Source of the DNA: a virus
Direction: 5' to 3' (one strand)
Length of the DNA stretch: 28,659 nucleotides
Virus record (IMG/VR): IMGVR_UViG_3300036793_000049
Coordinates: 1 to 28,659 of that record
The number at the start of each line of letters is the position of its first letter. The stretch's first letter is position 1. A program made the position numbers and the translations under genes. Positions 27,002 through 28,659 of this stretch are shown one piece after another. The notes under the pieces are model-generated. The model did not search any database, had not been told where the DNA came from, and saw nothing but the letters and a program-made list of their open reading frames with translations.

Positions 27002-27023
27002 CAAAGAGTTATCAAGCCAACTC

Positions 27024-27617
27024 TCATCTGCGAACGGCCAGAAAAATCTTTGCCCTGAATATATCGAGGCACCAGCGTACACGCTTGCGGGCTTCGTCAT
27101 GAGTGAGCCAGGGTGCTACGTGTTGGAGCTCTTGCGTAATGTCAGATATTTTCCTCCGCGTTGTGTAATAACGTCGGCCAATGGTGTAAACCGGATCGTC
27201 GCTTTTAAATGCGCCCAAAACTGCCTGCTCGATGTAATCTGCATCATGCTTGCGGCCGACCTGGTCAATCAACTCGCTCAGGGAAATTGACCACAAAAGA
27301 GTATGTGCTCTCACCACCGCCTGCCGTCCTTTAAAACCTTCCTTTTTCGCCTGATTCAGCGCTTCAGTTATGCGTGATAACTGGCTGTCTGACCATTCAT
27401 CTGCCTTTGCTGCAGAAACAAATCTGTTGCAGTTTTCCAGCCGGTATTGAGCTGCGGTTTTACCGCCGACGATTTCCCCCCAGATAGTAAGAAGCGATTT
27501 TATCCATGCTGACTGAACGGTATTTAATGGCGTAAAACGCCCCAGGTAGCTTTTGCGTGGCGCAGCTGCTGCACGTTCCAGAGCTGAGTGATGGTTTCTT
27601 TTCTGACGTGCTGTCAT
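27024..27617 (-). CDS. Probable late-gene antiterminator Q
   Basis: 197 aa basic protein with C-terminal helix-turn-helix-like region; last gene of the nin-like region before pR'/tRNA/lysis. Confidence 0.65.
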   Translation of the reverse strand: MTARQKRNHHSALERAAAAPRKSYLGRFTPLNTVQSAWIKSLLTIWGEIVGGKTAAQYRLENCNRFVSAAKADEWSDSQLSRITEALNQAKKEGFKGRQAVVRAHTLLWSISLSELIDQVGRKHDADYIEQAVLGAFKSDDPVYTIGRRYYTTRRKISDITQELQHVAPWLTHDEARKRVRWCLDIFRAKIFLAVRR

Positions 27618-27904
27618 GCCGATACTCCCAATGCTGAATTCACTTGCAGCAGCAGCTCCAGTTCGGTACCGAAATTTTGTTCCCAGGTTTGCTTTCCGGC
27701 ATGCACGGCGACACCATGGCTACCAGTTCGATGGTGAGGATGGCATAAAGGGATAGTTGAGTAGTTATCGGCGCGATGAGCTACGCCCTGACCTGTTCTG
27801 ATGTGGTGGATTTCTGTAAGTGTGTCGCCATAGTTGAGATTGCGACAAACGATACAACCCAGGGCCGCTACGCGTGAGAGGTGTTCGCGTTCTGCCTTCT
27901 TCAC
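27614..27904 (-). CDS. Ref-family (HNH-like, Zn-binding) recombination enhancement nuclease
   Basis: GCIVC...EIHH.R.GQG...IPLC..HH...H; GTG start; overlaps Q start. Confidence 0.8.
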   Translation of the reverse strand: MKKAEREHLSRVAALGCIVCRNLNYGDTLTEIHHIRTGQGVAHRADNYSTIPLCHPHHRTGSHGVAVHAGKQTWEQNFGTELELLLQVNSALGVSA

Positions 27905-27999
27905 AGTTCACCCCCGAGGGTAAACGCTAGATGCAGAAAATCACTGGCGGCTTTCGTCGTCAGTGTAACGGGTGATATGGATTGGATTAAATGCGCCAT
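27901..27999 (-). pseudogene. 32-aa ORF, possible remnant of a nin-region (DUF1367-like) gene
   Basis: MAHLIQSISPVTLTTKAASDFLHLAFTLGGEL*; GGAG RBS; TGA overlaps GTG of next gene; N-terminus reminiscent of longer genes normally at this position. Confidence 0.35.
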
Positions 28000-28034
28000 T
28001 GCTATCTCCAATGGCGCGACAGATTTCAGGGTGT

Positions 28035-28220
28035 TCAGCCCGTTTGATTATTGTAAATCACTTCCGGCGGCTCTGCACTACTCATTTCAGCATGTGATTG
28101 TCGCGTTATTAACACCTGGTCATCTCTGAGCGGGAGCACCTTATAGCCCCCTTTACCATCCGAATAAACTTGATAGCGCCCGGAAATTTTCAAACACTCA
28201 ATTAGCTGATCTTTGGTCAT
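28035..28220 (-). CDS. Hypothetical phage protein
   Basis: 61 aa ORF, ATG start, co-oriented with phage genes. Confidence 0.5.
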   Translation of the reverse strand: MTKDQLIECLKISGRYQVYSDGKGGYKVLPLRDDQVLITRQSHAEMSSAEPPEVIYNNQTG

Positions 28221-28407
28221 TTTAAGAATCCATCTGGCATGTATATCCCTGATTTATCAGGGGCCGTCCTTTTTCTCCCTGCGCGCGCACTCAGGCTAAA
28301 GTGACTTAACTGGCGTTACAAATACTAGGACTGAGCATTTAGAGCTCAGTTGATCAAAACTACCAATTTTAGTGGTTGAACTGGTCGTTATTTTTTTAAG
28401 ATTTCAG

Positions 28408-28448
28408 TAAAAAAAAGCCGTAGCGTAAAAATCGGCGCCACGGCTTTT
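28408..28448. terminator. Probable (bidirectional) terminator
   Basis: aaaagccgt...acggctttt inverted repeat flanked by A/T tracts. Confidence 0.6.
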
Positions 28449-28659
28449 AATATTCATTCTAAATTAATTATTACGGAACCCAGCCGCTGCCACAGTTCCC
28501 TGTTTCTAGTAACCATTTGTGACCGCATTCTGTGGAGTTATTGTCAAATCTGGTGTACGGAGCAATCAGGCAACGATCTGATCTGATGTTTCGTGGACCT
28601 GTACCCCGTCCTTAAACGGGACGTTATTCACTACCAGCGTTAGCAGATTAAATCCCGGA

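Noticed and set aside
26791..27290. ORFs 26791..27072 (-) and 27099..27290 (+)
   Set aside because: They overlap Q and the cassette end with no supporting signals
28460..28659. Possible 3' end of a minus-strand gene at the window edge
   Set aside because: The candidate frames are short and ambiguous; no product can be assigned

Overview
The window is the late half of an enterobacterial temperate prophage, transcribed almost entirely on the minus strand. It has a cos/HK97-type head with a Mu-like contractile tail (SfV/ST64B-like layout). Right to left: Ref-like nuclease, probable Q antiterminator, late promoter and terminator, a five-member tRNA cluster, a structured sRNA, a moron, the lysis genes (holin, SAR endolysin, Rz/Rz1), HNH/terminase/portal/protease/capsid, tail and baseplate genes, then tail fibre and chaperone. 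At the left edge are a DUF3024-like gene and the end of an IS629-like IS3-family element. Two accessory modules stand out. (1) An AT-rich plus-strand cassette wedged between Q and the late promoter carries an hrp-box-like promoter and tandem paralogous ~105-aa proteins. These have T3SS-like N-termini, a conserved R-x-P-S-L-P (14-3-3 mode I-like) motif and a C-X22-C core, so they are candidate uncharacterised plant-targeted effectors. (2) A three-gene cassette between lysis and packaging encodes a CMP-sugar-transferase-fold protein, a GT9-like glycosyltransferase and a SAM methyltransferase, a candidate late-expressed glycosylation system. Family assignments are from motif recognition and synteny only; no searches were run.
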